This document shows, in pieces, positions 31,010 to 45,799 of a stretch of 64,000 bases of DNA (position 1 is its first letter; each line of letters starts with the position of its first letter). This DNA comes from the human T2T-CHM13v2.0 reference genome, Homo sapiens, in assembly GCF_009914755.1 (NCBI RefSeq), contig NC_060937.1; one strand, written 5' to 3'. Position numbers and translations under genes: made by a program. Below the pieces are notes generated by a model. It was not told the DNA's origin. It saw only the letters and a list, made by a program, of their open reading frames with translations, and did no database searches.

Positions 31010-34000
31010 CATGTATTATATAAGGTACATAAAATATGAAAGTACATCAAAAATAGATTATATACTGTACATAAAATACCAAAGTACCCCAAATATATAT
31101 TTTATACTGTACATGAAATATCAAAGTTCACAAACTATATATTATATACTGCACATAAATTATCAAATCACCCAAGGTATATATTCTATACTGTACAAAA
31201 AATATCAAAGTACCCAAATCATGTATTATATACTGTACATAAAATATGAAAGTACATCAAATATATATTTTATTTTGTACATAAAATATTAAAGTACACC
31301 AAATATATATTCTATAGTGTACATAAAATATCAAAGTACCCAAACTATACATTATATACTGTACATAAAATATGAAATTACATCAAATATATATTATATT
31401 AGGTACATAAAATATGAAAGTACATCAAATATAGATTATATACTGTACATAAAATACCAAAGTACCCCAAATATATATATTATATTGTACATGAAATATC
31501 AAAGTTCACAAACTATATATTATATACTGTACATAAAATATCAAAGTACCCAAGGTATATATTCTATACTGTACAAAAAATATCAAAGTACCCAAAGCAT
31601 GTATTATATACTGTACATAAAACATGAAAGTACATGAAATATATATTTTATTGTGTACAAAAAATATCAAAGTACACCAAATATATATTCTATACTGTAC
31701 ATAAAATATCAAAGTACCCAAACTATACATTATATACTGTACATAAAATATGAAATTACATCAAATATATATTATATTAGGTACAGAAAATATGAAAGTA
31801 CATCAAATATAGATTATATACTCTACATAAAATATCAAAGTACCCCAAATATATATAATATACTGTACATGAAATATCAAAGTTCACAAACTATATATTA
31901 TATACTGTACATAAAATATGAATGTACCCAAGGTATATATTCTATACTATACAAAAAGTATCAAAGTACCCAAAACATGTATTATATACTGTACATAAAA
32001 TATGAAAGTGCATCAAATATATATTTTATTCTGTACATAAAATATCAAAGTACACCAAATATATATTCTATACTGTACAAAAAATATCAAAGTACCCAAA
32101 ACATGTATTACATACTGTTCATAAAATATGAAAGTACATCAAATATATATTTTATTCTGTACATAATATATCAAAGTACACCAAATATATATTCTATAGT
32201 GTACATAAAATATCAAAGTACCCAAACTATACATTATATACTGTACATAAAATATGAAATTACATCAAATATATATTATATTAGGTACATAAAATATGAA
32301 AGTACATCAAATATAGATTATACACTGTACATAAAATACCAAAGAATCCCAAATATATATTATATACTGTACATGAAATATCAAAGTTCACAAACTATAT
32401 ATTATATACTGTACATAAAATATCAAAGTACCCAAGGTATATATTCTATACTCTACAAAAAATATCAAAGTACCCAAAGCATGTATTATATACTGTTCAA
32501 AAAATATGAAAGTACATCAAATATATATGTTATTCTGTACATAAAATATCAAAGTACACAAAATATATATTCTATAGTGTACATAAAATATCAAATTACC
32601 CAAACTATACATTATATACTGTACATAAAGTATGAAATTACATCAAATATATATTATATTAGGTACATAAAATATGAAAGTACATCAAATATAAATTATA
32701 TACTGTACATAAAATATCAAAGTACCCCCAATATATATTATATACTGTACATGAAATATCAAAGTTCAAAAACTATATATTATATACTGTACATAAAATA
32801 TCAAAGTACACAAGGTATATATTCTATACTGTACAAAAAATATCAAAGTATCCAAAACATGTATTATATACTGTTCATAAAATATCAAAGTACATCAAAT
32901 ATATATTTTATTCTGTACATAAAATATCAAAGTACACCAAATATATATTCTATAGTGTACATAAAATATCAAAGTACCCAAACTATACATTATATACTGT
33001 ACATAAAGTATGAAATTACATCAAATATATATTATATTAGGTACATAAAATATGAAAGTACATCAAGTATAGATTATATACTGTACATAAAATATCAAAG
33101 TACCCCAAATATATATTATATACTGTACATGAAATATCAAAGTTCACAAACTATATATTATATACTGTAAATAAAATATCAAAGTACCCAAGGTATATAT
33201 TCTATACTGTACAAAAAATATCAAAGTACCCAAAGCATGTATTATATACTGTACATAAAATATGAAAGTACATCAAATATATATTTAATTCTGTACATAA
33301 AATATCAAAGTACACCAAATATATATTCTATAGTGTACATAAAATATCAAAGTACCCAAACTATACATTATATACCGTACATAAAATATGAAATTACATC
33401 AAATATATATTATATTAGGCACATAAAATATGAAAGAATATCAATTATAGATTATATACTGTACATGAAATACCAAAGTACCCCAAATATATATTTTATA
33501 CTGTACATGCAATATCAAAGTTCACAAACTACATATTATATACTGTACATAAATATCAATGTGCCCAAGGTATATATTCTATGCTGTACAAAAAATATCA
33601 AAGTACCCAAAGCATGTATTATATACTGTACATAAAATATGAAAGTACATCAAATAAATATTTTATTCTGTACATAAAATATCAAAGTACACCAAATACA
33701 TATTCTATAGTGTACATAAAATATCAAAGTACCCAAACTATACATTATGTACTGTACATAAAATATGAAATTACATCAAATATATACTATATTATGTACA
33801 TAAAATATGAAAGTACATCAAATATAGATTATATACTGTACATAAAATACCAAAGTTCCCCAAACAAATATTTTATACTGTACATGCAATATCAAAGTTC
33901 ACAAACTATATATTATATACTGTACATAAAATATCAAAGTACCCAAGGTATATATTCTATACTCTACAAAAAATATCAAAGTACCCAAAGCATGTATTAT

Positions 34001-37000
34001 ATACGGTACATAAAATATGAAAGTACATCAAATATATATTTAATTCTGTACATAAAATATCAAAGTACACCAAATATATATTCTATACTGTACATAAAAT
34101 ATCAAAATTCACAAACTATACATTATATACTGTACATAAAATATGAAATTACATCAAATATATATTATATTAGGTACATAAAATATGAAAGTACATCAAA
34201 TATAGATTATATACTGTACATAAAATACCAAAGAACCCCAAATATATATTATATACTGTACATGAAATATCAAAGTTCACAAACTATATATTATATACTG
34301 TACATAAAATATCAAAGTACCCAAGGTATATATTCTACACTGTACAAAAAATGTCAAAGTACCCAAAGCATGTATTATATACTGTTCATAAAATATGAAA
34401 GTACATCAAATATATATTTTATTCTGTACATAAAATATCAAAGTACACCAAATATACATTCTATAGTGTACATAAAATATCAAATTACCCAAACTATACA
34501 TTATATACTGTACATAAAATATGAAATTACATCAAATATATATTATATTAGGTACATAAAATATGAAAGTACATCAAATATATATTATATACTGTACATA
34601 AAGTACCAAATTAACCCAAATACATATTATATACTGTACATGAAATATCAAAGTTCACAAACTATATATTATATACTGTACATAAAATATCAAAGTACCC
34701 AAGGTATCTATTCTATACTGTACAAAAAATATCAAAGTACCCAAAGCATGTATTATATACTGTACATAAAATATGAAAGTACATCAAATATATATTTTAT
34801 TCTGTACATAAAATATCAAAGTACACCAAATATATATTCTATAGTGTACATAAAATATCAAAGTACCCAAACTATACATTATATACTGTACATAAAATAT
34901 GAAATTACATCAAATATATATTACATTAGCTACATAAAATATGAAAGTACATCAAATATAGATTATATACTGTACATAAAATATCAAAGTACCCCAAATA
35001 TATATTATATACTGTACATGAAATATCAAAGTTCACAAACTATATATCGTATACTGTACATAAAATATCAAAGTACCCAAGGTATATATTCTATACTGTA
35101 CAAAAAATATCAAAGTACCCAAAGCATGTATTATATACTGTACATAAAATATGAAAGTACATCAAATATATAATTTACTCTGTACATAAAATATCAAAGT
35201 ACACCAAATATATATTCTATAGTGTACATAAAATATCAAAGTACCCAAACTATACATTATATACTGTACATAAAATATGAAATTACGTCAAATATATATT
35301 ATATTATGTACATAAAATATGAAAGTACATCAAATATAGATTATATACTGTACATAAAATACCAAAGTACACCAAATATATATTTTATACTGTACATGAA
35401 ATATCAAAGTTCACAAACTATATATTATATACTGTACATAAAATATCAAAGTACCCAAGGTATATATTCTATACTCTACAAAAAATATCAAAGTACCCAA
35501 AGCATGTATTATATACGGTACATAAAATATGAAAGTACATCAAATATATATTTAATTCTGTACATAAAATATCAAAGTACACCAAATATATATTCTATAG
35601 TGTACATAAAATATCAAAGTATCCAAAGTATACATTATATACTGTACATAAAATATGAAATTACATCAAATATATATTATATTATGTACATAAAACTTGA
35701 AAGTACATCAAATATATATTATATACTGTACATAAAATACCAAAGTACCCCAAATACATATTTTATACCGTACATGCAATATCAAAGTTCACAAACTATA
35801 TATTATATACTGTACATAAAATATCAAAGTACCCAAGGTATATATTCTATACTGTACAAAAAATATCAAAGTATCCAAAGCATGTATTATATACTGTACA
35901 TAAAATATGAAAGTACATCAAATATATATTTTATTCTGTACATAAAATATCAAAGTACACCAAATATATATTCTATAGTGTACATAAAATATCAAACTAC
36001 CCAAACTATACATTATATACTGTACATAAAACATGAAATTACATCCAATATATATTATATTAGGTACATAAAATATGAAAGTACATCAAATATAAATTAT
36101 ATACTGTACATAAAATACCAAAGTACCCCGAATATATATTATATACTGTACATGAAATATCAAAGTTCACAAACTATATATTATATACTGTACATAAAAT
36201 ATCAAAGTACCCAAGGTATATATTCTATACTGTACAAATAATATCAAAGTACCCAAAGCATGTATTATATACTGTACATAAAATATGAAAGTACATCAAA
36301 TATATATTTTATTCTGTACATAAAATATCAAAGTACACTAAATATATATTCTATAGTGTACATAAAATATCAAAGTACCCAAACTATACATTATATACTG
36401 TACATAAAATATGAAATTACATCATATATATATTATATTAGGTACATAAAATATGAAAGTACATCAAATATAGATTATATACTGTACATAAAATACCAAA
36501 GTACCCCAAATACATATTATATACTGTACATGAAATATCAAAGTTCACAAACTATATATTATATACTGTACATAAAATATCAAAGTACCCAAGGTATATA
36601 TTCTATACTGTACAAAAAATATCAAAGTACCCAAAGCAAGTATTATATACTGTACATAAAATATGAAAGTACATCAAATATATATTTTATTCTGTACATA
36701 AAATATCAAAGTACACCAAATATATATTCTATAGTGTACATAAAATATCAAAGTAGCCAAACTATACATTTTAAACTGTACATAAAATATGAAATTACAT
36801 CAAATATACACTATATTATGTACATAAAATATGAAAGTACATCAAATATAGATTATATACTGTACATAAAATACCAAAGTACCCCAAATATATATTATAT
36901 ACTGTACATGAAATATCAAAGTTCACAAACTATATATTATATACTGTACATAAAATACCAAACTACCCAAGGTATATATTCTATACTGTACAAAAAATAT

Positions 37001-40000
37001 CAAAGTACCCAAAGCATGTATTAAATAGTGTATATAAAATATGAAAGTACATCAAATATATATTTAATTCTGTACATAATATATCAAAGTAAACCAAATA
37101 TATATTCTATAGTGTACATAAAATATCAAAGTACCCAAACTATACATTATATACTGTATAGAAAATATGAAATTACATCAAATATATATTATATTATGTA
37201 CATTAAATATGAAAGTACATCAAATATAGATTATATACTGTACATAAAATACCAAAGAACCCCAAATATATATTATATACTCTACATGAAATATCAAAGT
37301 TCACAAACTATATATTATATACTGTACATAAAATATCAAAGTACCCAAGGTATATATTCTATACTGTACAAAAAATATCAAAGTACACAAAGCATGTATT
37401 ATATACTGTACATAAAATATGAAAGTACATCAAATATATATTTTGTTCTGTACATAAAATATCAAAGTACACCAAATATATATTCTATAGTGTACATTAA
37501 ATATCAAAGTACCCAAAATATACATTATATACTGTACATAAAATATGAAATTACATCAAATATATATTATATTAGGTATATAAAATATGAAAGTACATGA
37601 AATACATATTATATACTGTACATAAAATACCAAAGTACTCCAAATACATATTATATACTGTACATGAAATATCAAAGTTCACAAACTATATATTATATAC
37701 TGTACATAAAAAATCAAAGTACCAAAGGTATATATTCTATACTGTACAACAAATATCAAAGTACCCAAAGCATGTATTATATACTGTACATAAAATATGA
37801 AAGTACATCAAATATATATTTTATGCTGTACATAAAATATCAAAGTACACCAAATATATATTCTATAGTGTACATAAAATAGCAAAGTACCCAAACTATA
37901 CATTATATACTGTACATAAAACATGAAATTACATCAAATATATATTATATTAGGTACATAAAATATGAAAGTACATCAAATGTAAATTATATACTGTACA
38001 TAAAATACCAAAGAACCCCAAATATATGTTATATACTGTACATGAAATATCAAAGTTCACAAACTATATATTATATACTGTACATAAAATATCAAAGTAC
38101 CCAAGGTATATATTCTATACTGTACAAAAAATATCAAAGTACCCAAAGCATGTATTATATAGTGTATATAAAATATGAAAGTACATCAAATATATATTTA
38201 ATTCTGTACATAAAATATCAAAGTAAACCAAATATATATTCTATAGTGTACATAAAATATCAAAGTACCCAAACTATACATTATATACTGTACATAAAAT
38301 ATGAAATTACATCAAATATATATTATATTATGTACATAAAATATGAAAGTACATCAAATATAGATTATATACTGTACATAAAATACCAAAGAACCCCCAA
38401 TATATATTATATACTCTACATGAAATATCAAAGTTCACAAACTATATATTATATACTGTAAATAAAATATCAAAGTACCCAAGGTATATATTCTATACTG
38501 TACAAAAAATATCAAAGTTCCCAAAGCATGTATTATATACTGTACATAAAATATGAAAGTACATCAAATATATATTTTATTCTGTACATTAAATATCGAA
38601 GTACACCAAATATATATTCTATAGTGTACATAAAATATCAAAGTACCCAAACCATACATTATATACTGTACATAAAATATGAAATTACATCAAATATATA
38701 TTATATTAGGTACATAAAATATGAAAGTACATCAAATATAGATTATATAGTGTACATAAAATACCAAATTACCCCAAATATATATTATATACTGTACATG
38801 AAATATCAAATTTCACAAACTATATATTATATACTGTACATAAAATATGAAAGTACCGAAGGTATATATTCTATACTCTACAAAAAATATCAAAGTACCC
38901 AAAGCATGTATTATATACGATACATAAAATATGGAAGTACATCAAATATATATTTAATTCTGTACATAAAATATCAAAGTACACCAAATATATATTCTAT
39001 AGTGTACATAAAATATCAAAGTACCCAAACTATACATTATATACTGTACATAAAATATGAAATTATGTCAAATATATATTATATTATGTACATAAAATAT
39101 GAAAGTACATCAAATATAGATTATATACTGTACATAAAATACCAAAGTACACCAAATATATATTTTATACTGTACATGAAATATCAAAGTTCACAAACTA
39201 CATATTATATACTGTAGATAAAATATCAAAGTACCCAAGGTATATATTCTATACTGTACAAAAAATATCAAAGTACCCAAAGCATGTATTATATACTGTA
39301 CATAAAATATGAAAGTACATCAAATATAGATTTTATTCTGTACATAAAATATCAAAGTACACTAAATATATATTCTATAGTGTACATAAAATATCAAAGT
39401 ACCCAAACTATACATTATATACTGTACATAAAATATGAAATTACATCAAATATATATTATATTAGGTACATAAAATATGAAAGTACATCAAATATAGATT
39501 ATATACTGTACATAAAATACCAAAGTTCCCCAAATACATATTATATACTGTACATGAAATATCAAAGTTCACACACTATATATTATATACTGTACATAAA
39601 ATATCAAAGTACCCAAGTTATATATTCTATACTGTACAAAAAATATCAAAGTACCCAAAGCAAGTATTATATACTGTACATAAAATATGAAAGTACATCA
39701 AATATATATTTTATTCTGTACATAAAATATCAAAGTACACCAAATATATATTATATAGTGTACATAAAATATCAAAGTACCCAAACTATACATTATATAC
39801 TTTACATAAAATATGAAATTACATCAAATATATATTATATTAGGTACATAAAATATGAAAGTACATCAAATATAAATTATATACTGTACATAAAATACCA
39901 AAGTACCCCAAATATATACTATAAACTGTACATGCAATATCAAAGTTCACAAACTATATATCATATACTGTACATAAAATATCAAAGTACCGAAGTTATA

Positions 40001-43000
40001 TATTCTATACTGTACAAAAAATATCAAAGTACCCAAAGCATGTATTATATACTGTACATAAAATATGAAATTACATCAAATATATATTATATTATGCACA
40101 TAAAATATGAAAGTACATCAAATATATATTATATACTGTACATAAAATACCAAAGTACCCCAAATACATATTATATACCGTACATGAAATATCAAAGTTC
40201 ACAAACTATATATTATATACTGTACATAAAATATCAAAGTACCGAAGGTATATATTCTATACTGTACAAAAAATATCAAAGTACCCAAAGCATGTATTAT
40301 ATAGTGTACATAAAATATGAAAGTACATCAAATATATATTTTATTCTGTACATAAAATATCAAAGTACACCAAATATATATTCTATAGTGTACATAAAAT
40401 ATCAAACTACCCAAACTATACATTATATACTGTACATAAAACATGAAATTACATCCAATATATATTATATTAGGTACATAAAATATGAAAGTACATCAAA
40501 TATAAATTATATACTGTACATAAAATACCAAAGTACCCCAAATATATATTATATACTGTACATGAAATATCAAAGTTCACAAACTATATATTATATACTG
40601 TACATAAAAAATCAAAGTAACCAAGGTATATATTCTATACTGTACAAAAAATATCAAAGTACCCAAAGCATGTATTATATACTGTACATAAAATATGAAA
40701 GTACATCAAATATATATTTTATTCTGTACATAAAATATCAAAGTACACTAAATATATATTCTATAGTGTACATAAAATATCAAAGTACCCAAACTATACA
40801 TTATATACTGTACATAAAATATGAAATTACATCAAATATATATTATATTAGGTACATAAAATATGAAAGTACATCAAATATAGATTATATACTGTACATA
40901 AAATACCAAAGTAACCCAAATACATATTATATACTGTACATGAAATATCAAAGTTCACAAACTATATATTATATACTGTACATAAAATATCAAAGTACCC
41001 AAAGTATATATTCTATACTGTACAAAAAATATCAAAGTACCCAAAGCAAGTATTATATACTGTACATAAAATATGAAAGTACATCAAGTATATATTTTAT
41101 TCTGTACATAAAATATCAAAGTACACCAAATATATATTCTATAGTGTACATAAAATATCAAAGTAGCCAAACTATACATTTTAAACTGTACATAAAATAT
41201 AAAATTACATCAAATACACACTATATTATGTACATAAAATATGAAAGTACATCAAAGATATATTATATACTGTACATAAAATACCAAAGTACCCCAAATA
41301 CATATTATATACTGTACATGAAATATCAAAGTTCACAAACTATATATTATATATTGTACATAAAATATCAAAGTACCCAAGGTATATATTCTATACTGTA
41401 CAAAAAATATCAAAGTACCCAAAGCATGTATTATATACTGTACATAAAATATGAAAGTACATGAAATATATATTTTATTCTGTACATAAAATATCAAAGT
41501 ACACCAAATATATATTCTATAGTGTACATAAAATATCAAACTACCCAAACTATACATTATATACTGTACATAAAACATGAAATTACATCCAATATATATT
41601 ATATTAGGTACATAAAATATGAAAGTACATCAAATATAAATTATATACTGTACATAAAATACCAAAGTACCCCAAATATATATTATATACTGTACATGAA
41701 ATATCAAAGTTCACAAACTATATATTATATACTGTACATAAAAAATCAAAGTAACCAAGGTATATATTCTATACTGTACAAAAAATATCAAAGTACCCAA
41801 AGCATGTATTATATACTGTACATAAAATATGAAAGTACATCAAATATATATTTTATTCTGTACATAAAATATCAAAGTACACTAAATATATATTCTATAG
41901 TGTACATAATATATCAAAGTACCCAAACTATACATTATATACTGTACATAAAATATGAAATTACATCAAATATATATTATATTAGGTACATAAAATATGA
42001 AAGTACATCAAATATAGATTATATACTGTACATAAAATACCAAAGTAACCCAAATACATATTATATACTGTACATGAAATATCAAAGTTCACAAACTATA
42101 TATTATATACTGTACATAAAATATCAAAGTACCCAAAGTATATATTCTATACTGTACAAAAAATATCAAAGTACCCAAAGCAAGTATTATATACTGTACA
42201 TAAAATATGAAAGTACATCAAGTATATATTTTATTCTGTACAAAAAATATCAAAGTACCCAAAGCAAGTATTATATACTGTACATAAAATATGAAAGTAC
42301 ATCAAATATATATTTTATTCTGTACAAAAAATATCAAAGTACACCAGATATATATTCTATAGTGTACATTAAATATCAAAGTACCCAAGCTATACATTAT
42401 ATACTGTACATAAAATATGAAATTACATCAAATATATATTATATTAGCTACATAAAATATGAAAGTACATCAAATATACATTATATACTGTACATAAAAT
42501 ACCAAAGTACCCCAAATTCATATTATATACTGTACATGAAATATGAAAGTTCACAAACTATATATTATATACTGTACATAAAATATCAAAATAGTCAAGG
42601 TATATATTCTATACTGTACAAAAAATATCAAAGTACCCAAAGCATGTATTATATACTGTACATAAAATATGAAAGTACATCAAATATATATTTTATTCTG
42701 TACATAAAATATCAAAGTACACCAAATATATATTCTATAGTGTTCATAAAATATCAAAGTACCCAAGCTATACATTATATACTGTACATAAAATATGAAA
42801 ATACATCAAATATATATTATATTAGGTACATAACATATGAAAGTACATCAAATATAAATTATATACTGTACATAAAATACCAAAGTACCCCAAATATATA
42901 TTATATACTGTACATGCAATATCAAAGTTCATAAACTATATATCATATACTGTACATAAAATATCAAAGTACCGAAGGTATATATTGTATGCTGTACAAA

Positions 43001-45799
43001 AAATATCAAAGTACCCAAAGCATGTATTATATACTGTACATAAAATATGAAAGTACATCAAATATATATTTTATTCTGTACATAAAATATCAAAGTACAC
43101 CAAATATATATTCTATAGTGTACATAAAATATCAAAGTACCCAAACTATACATTATATACTGTACATAAAATATGAAATTACATCAAATATATATTATAT
43201 TAGGTACATAAAATATGAAAGTACATCAAATATAAATTATATACTGTACATAAAATACCAAAGTACCCCAAATATATATTATATACTGTACATGAAATAT
43301 CAAAGTTCACAAACTATATATTATATACTGTACATAAAATATCAAAGTACCCAAGGTATATATTCTATACTCTACAAAAAATATCAAAGTACCCAAAGCA
43401 TGTATTATATACGGTACATAAAATATGAAAGTACATGAAATATATATTTAATTCTGTACATAAAATATCAAAGTACACCAAATATATATTCTATAGTGTA
43501 CATAAAATATCAAAGTAGCCAAACTATACATTATATACTGTACATAAAATATGAAATTACATCAAATATATATTATATTATGTACATAAAATATGAAAGT
43601 ACATCAAATATAGATTATATACTGTACATAAAATACCAAAGTACACCAAATATATATTTTATACTGTACATGCAATATCAAAGTTCACAAACTATATATT
43701 ATATACTGTACATAAAATATCAAAGTACCCAAGGTATATATTCTATACTGTGCAAAAAATATCAAAGTACCCAAAGCATGTATTATATACTGTACATAAA
43801 ATATGAAAGTACATCAAATATATATTTTATTCTGTACATAAAATATCAAAGTACACTAAATATATATTCTATAGTGTACATAAAATATCAAAGTACCCAA
43901 ACTATACATTATATACTGTACATAAAATATGAAATTACATCAAATATATATTATATTAGGTACATAAAATATGAAAGTACATCAAATATAGATTATATAC
44001 TGTACATAAAATACCAAAGTACCCCAAATACATATTATATACTGTACATGAAATATCAAAGTTCACAAACTATATATTATATACTGTACATAAAATATCA
44101 AAGTACCCAAGGTATATATTCTATACTGTACAAAAAATATCAAAGTACCCCAAGCAAGTATTATATACTGTACATAAAATATGAAAGTACATCAAATATA
44201 TATTTTATTCTGTACATAAAGTATCAAAGTACACCAAATATGTATCCTATAGTGTACATAAAATATCAAAGTACCCAAACTATACATTATATACTGTACA
44301 TAAAATATGAAATTACATCAAATATATATTATATTAGGTACTTAAAATATGAAAGTACATCAAATATAAATTATATACTGTACATAAAGTACCAAAGTAC
44401 CCCAAATATATATTATATACTGTACATGCAATATCAAAGTTCACAAACTATATATCATATACTGTACACAAAATATCAAAGTACCGAAGGTATATATTCT
44501 ATAGTGTACAAAAAATATGAAAGTACGGAAAGCATGTATTATATACTGTACATAAAATATGAAAGTACATCAAATATATATTTTATTCTGTACATAAAAT
44601 ATCAAAGTACACCAAATATATATTCTATAGTGTACATAAAATATCAAAGTACCCAAACTATACATTATATACAGTACATAAAATATGAAATTACATCAAA
44701 TATATATTATAATAGGTACATAAAATATGAAAGCACATCAAATATAAATTATATACTGTACATAAAATACCAAAGAACCCCAAATATATATTATATACTG
44801 TACATGAAATATCAAAGTTCACAAACTATATATTATATACTGTATATAAAATATCAAAGTACCCAAGGTATATATTCTATACTGTACAAAAAATATCAAA
44901 GTACCCAAAGCATGTATTATATACTGTTCATAAAATATGAAAGTACATCAAATATATATTTTATTCTGTACATAAAATATCAAAGTACACCAAATATATA
45001 TTCTATAGTGTACATTAAATATCAAAGTACCCAAACTATACATTATATACTGTACATAAAATATGAAATTACATCAAATATATATTATATTAGGTACATA
45101 AAATATGAAAGTACATCAAATATAGATTATATACTGTACATAAAATACCAAAGTACCCCAAGTACATATTATATACTGTACATGAAATATCAAAGTTCAC
45201 AAACTATATATTATATACTGTACATAAAATATCAAAGTACCCAAGGTATATATTCTATACTGTACAAAAAATATCAAAGTACCCAAAGCAAGTATTATAT
45301 ACTGTACATAAAATATGAAAGTACATCAAATATATATTTTATTCTGTACATAAAGTATCAAAGTACACCAAATATATATTCTATAGTGTACATAAAATAT
45401 CAAAGTACCCAAACTATACATTATATACTGTACATAAAATATGAAATTACATCAAATATATATTATATTAGGTACTTAAAATATGAAAGTACATCAAATA
45501 TAAATTATATACTGTACATAAAATACCAAAATACCCCAAATATATTTTATATACTGTACATGCAATATCAAAGTTCACAAACTATATATCATATACTGTA
45601 CATAAAATATCAAAGTACCGAAGGTATATATTCTATAGTGTACAAAAAATATGAAAGTACGCAAAGCATGTATTATATACTGTACATAAAATATGAAAGT
45701 ACATCAAATATATATTTTATTCTGTACATAAAACATCAAAGTACACCAAATATATATTCTATAGTGTACATAAAATATCAAAGTACCCAAACTATACAT

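Larger units (their letters stand above)
13471..32100 (+). repeat. Sub-domain B: ACACCAAAT variant, indel-rich, with an island of A-type sequence at ~23.3-23.8 kb
   Basis: m2 reads gtacaccaaat. Markers are tattagttac (5-bp deletion plus G>T), acccaaacatg (1-bp deletion), gtacatgaaatatatattttattgtg, caaatcaccc and gaaagtgcatc. Confidence 0.75.
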
